Below, piece after piece: positions 31,818-32,000 of a stretch of DNA of 32,000 nt. Position numbers and translations under genes: made by a program. Under the pieces are notes generated by a model that was not told the origin of the DNA, did no database searches, and saw only the letters and a program-made list of their open reading frames with translations. Source of the DNA: Thermofilum pendens Hrk 5. GTDB taxonomy: Archaea > Thermoproteota > Thermoprotei > Thermofilales > Thermofilaceae. Where the stretch lies: assembly GCF_000015225.1 (NCBI RefSeq), contig NC_008698.1, positions 330,001 to 362,000 on the forward strand, read 5' to 3'. Positions within the stretch are counted from its first letter, which is position 1, and each line of letters opens with the position of its first letter.

Positions 31818-32000
31818 TTCGTAACCCCTATGACCGGAATACTTCCTGGGTAATAAACCTTTAGCATCGCGTTCCCCGGCGGAAAGAGAAGAAAAAACTG
31901 TGTCTCGCAGTGTCAGCGGTTCGTCCACGCTAGTCACCGGCTACGGGGGTTCGCGTTGAGGAGTAGAAAGGCTCCCCGGGAAAAATACGTACGAGTATCA

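Noticed and set aside
31860-32000. Right-edge sequence with an A6 run on the + strand (T6 on the minus strand, about 31893-31898) and open minus-strand frames running in from beyond the window.
   Set aside because: It could be the 3' end and terminator of a minus-strand gene or RNA lying outside the window. No frame is diagnostic within 140 nt and I could not match it to SRP or RNase P RNA, so I made no call.

Overview
This is a gene-dense chromosomal core segment, more than 85% coding, from a hyperthermophilic crenarchaeon. Gene content looks Desulfurococcales-like: aKMT lysine methyltransferase, TFE-beta, Gar1-TFB, Nop5-fibrillarin, the L15e/COG1325/Rpp30/Pop5 fragment of the exosome superoperon, GatDE, CCA-adding enzyme, Trm1, aIF2-beta, a GINS subunit, proteasome beta and a family-B DNA polymerase. 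By eye the GC content is about 53-55%. AT-rich TATA boxes sit about 25-38 nt upstream of most start codons, so transcripts appear mostly leaderless or short-leader. Many operon junctions overlap by 4-8 nt.

I support about 41 protein genes and 2 tRNA genes. Three of the protein genes were recovered or re-delimited by hand: the edge-truncated gatE, a 49-aa S30e missing from the ORF track, and shortened starts for aKMT, Gar1, Rpo11 and the GPN GTPase. Both tRNA genes encode CCA, and one carries a non-canonical intron. I saw no CRISPR array, transposase, integrase or rRNA.

The window is mostly housekeeping. The parts worth a second look are:
- a prs / pseudo-isomerase / ribose-1,5-bisphosphate-isomerase operon whose two eIF-2B-family paralogs share a 55-nt perfectly identical tract;
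- the poorly characterised block at 27.6-30.6 kb next to polB: a DUF47/PhoU-like protein, a stand-alone double-psi-barrel protein, an 85-aa partner, a HAS-less HerA-like ATPase, and a divergent OB-fold gene that opens with a G-quadruplex motif;
- a tRNA-Gly(CCC) with an 18-nt intron in the variable loop;
- a secreted permuted-papain amidase in a locally AT-richer stretch.

All functional calls come from motif recognition by eye. No database search was possible.
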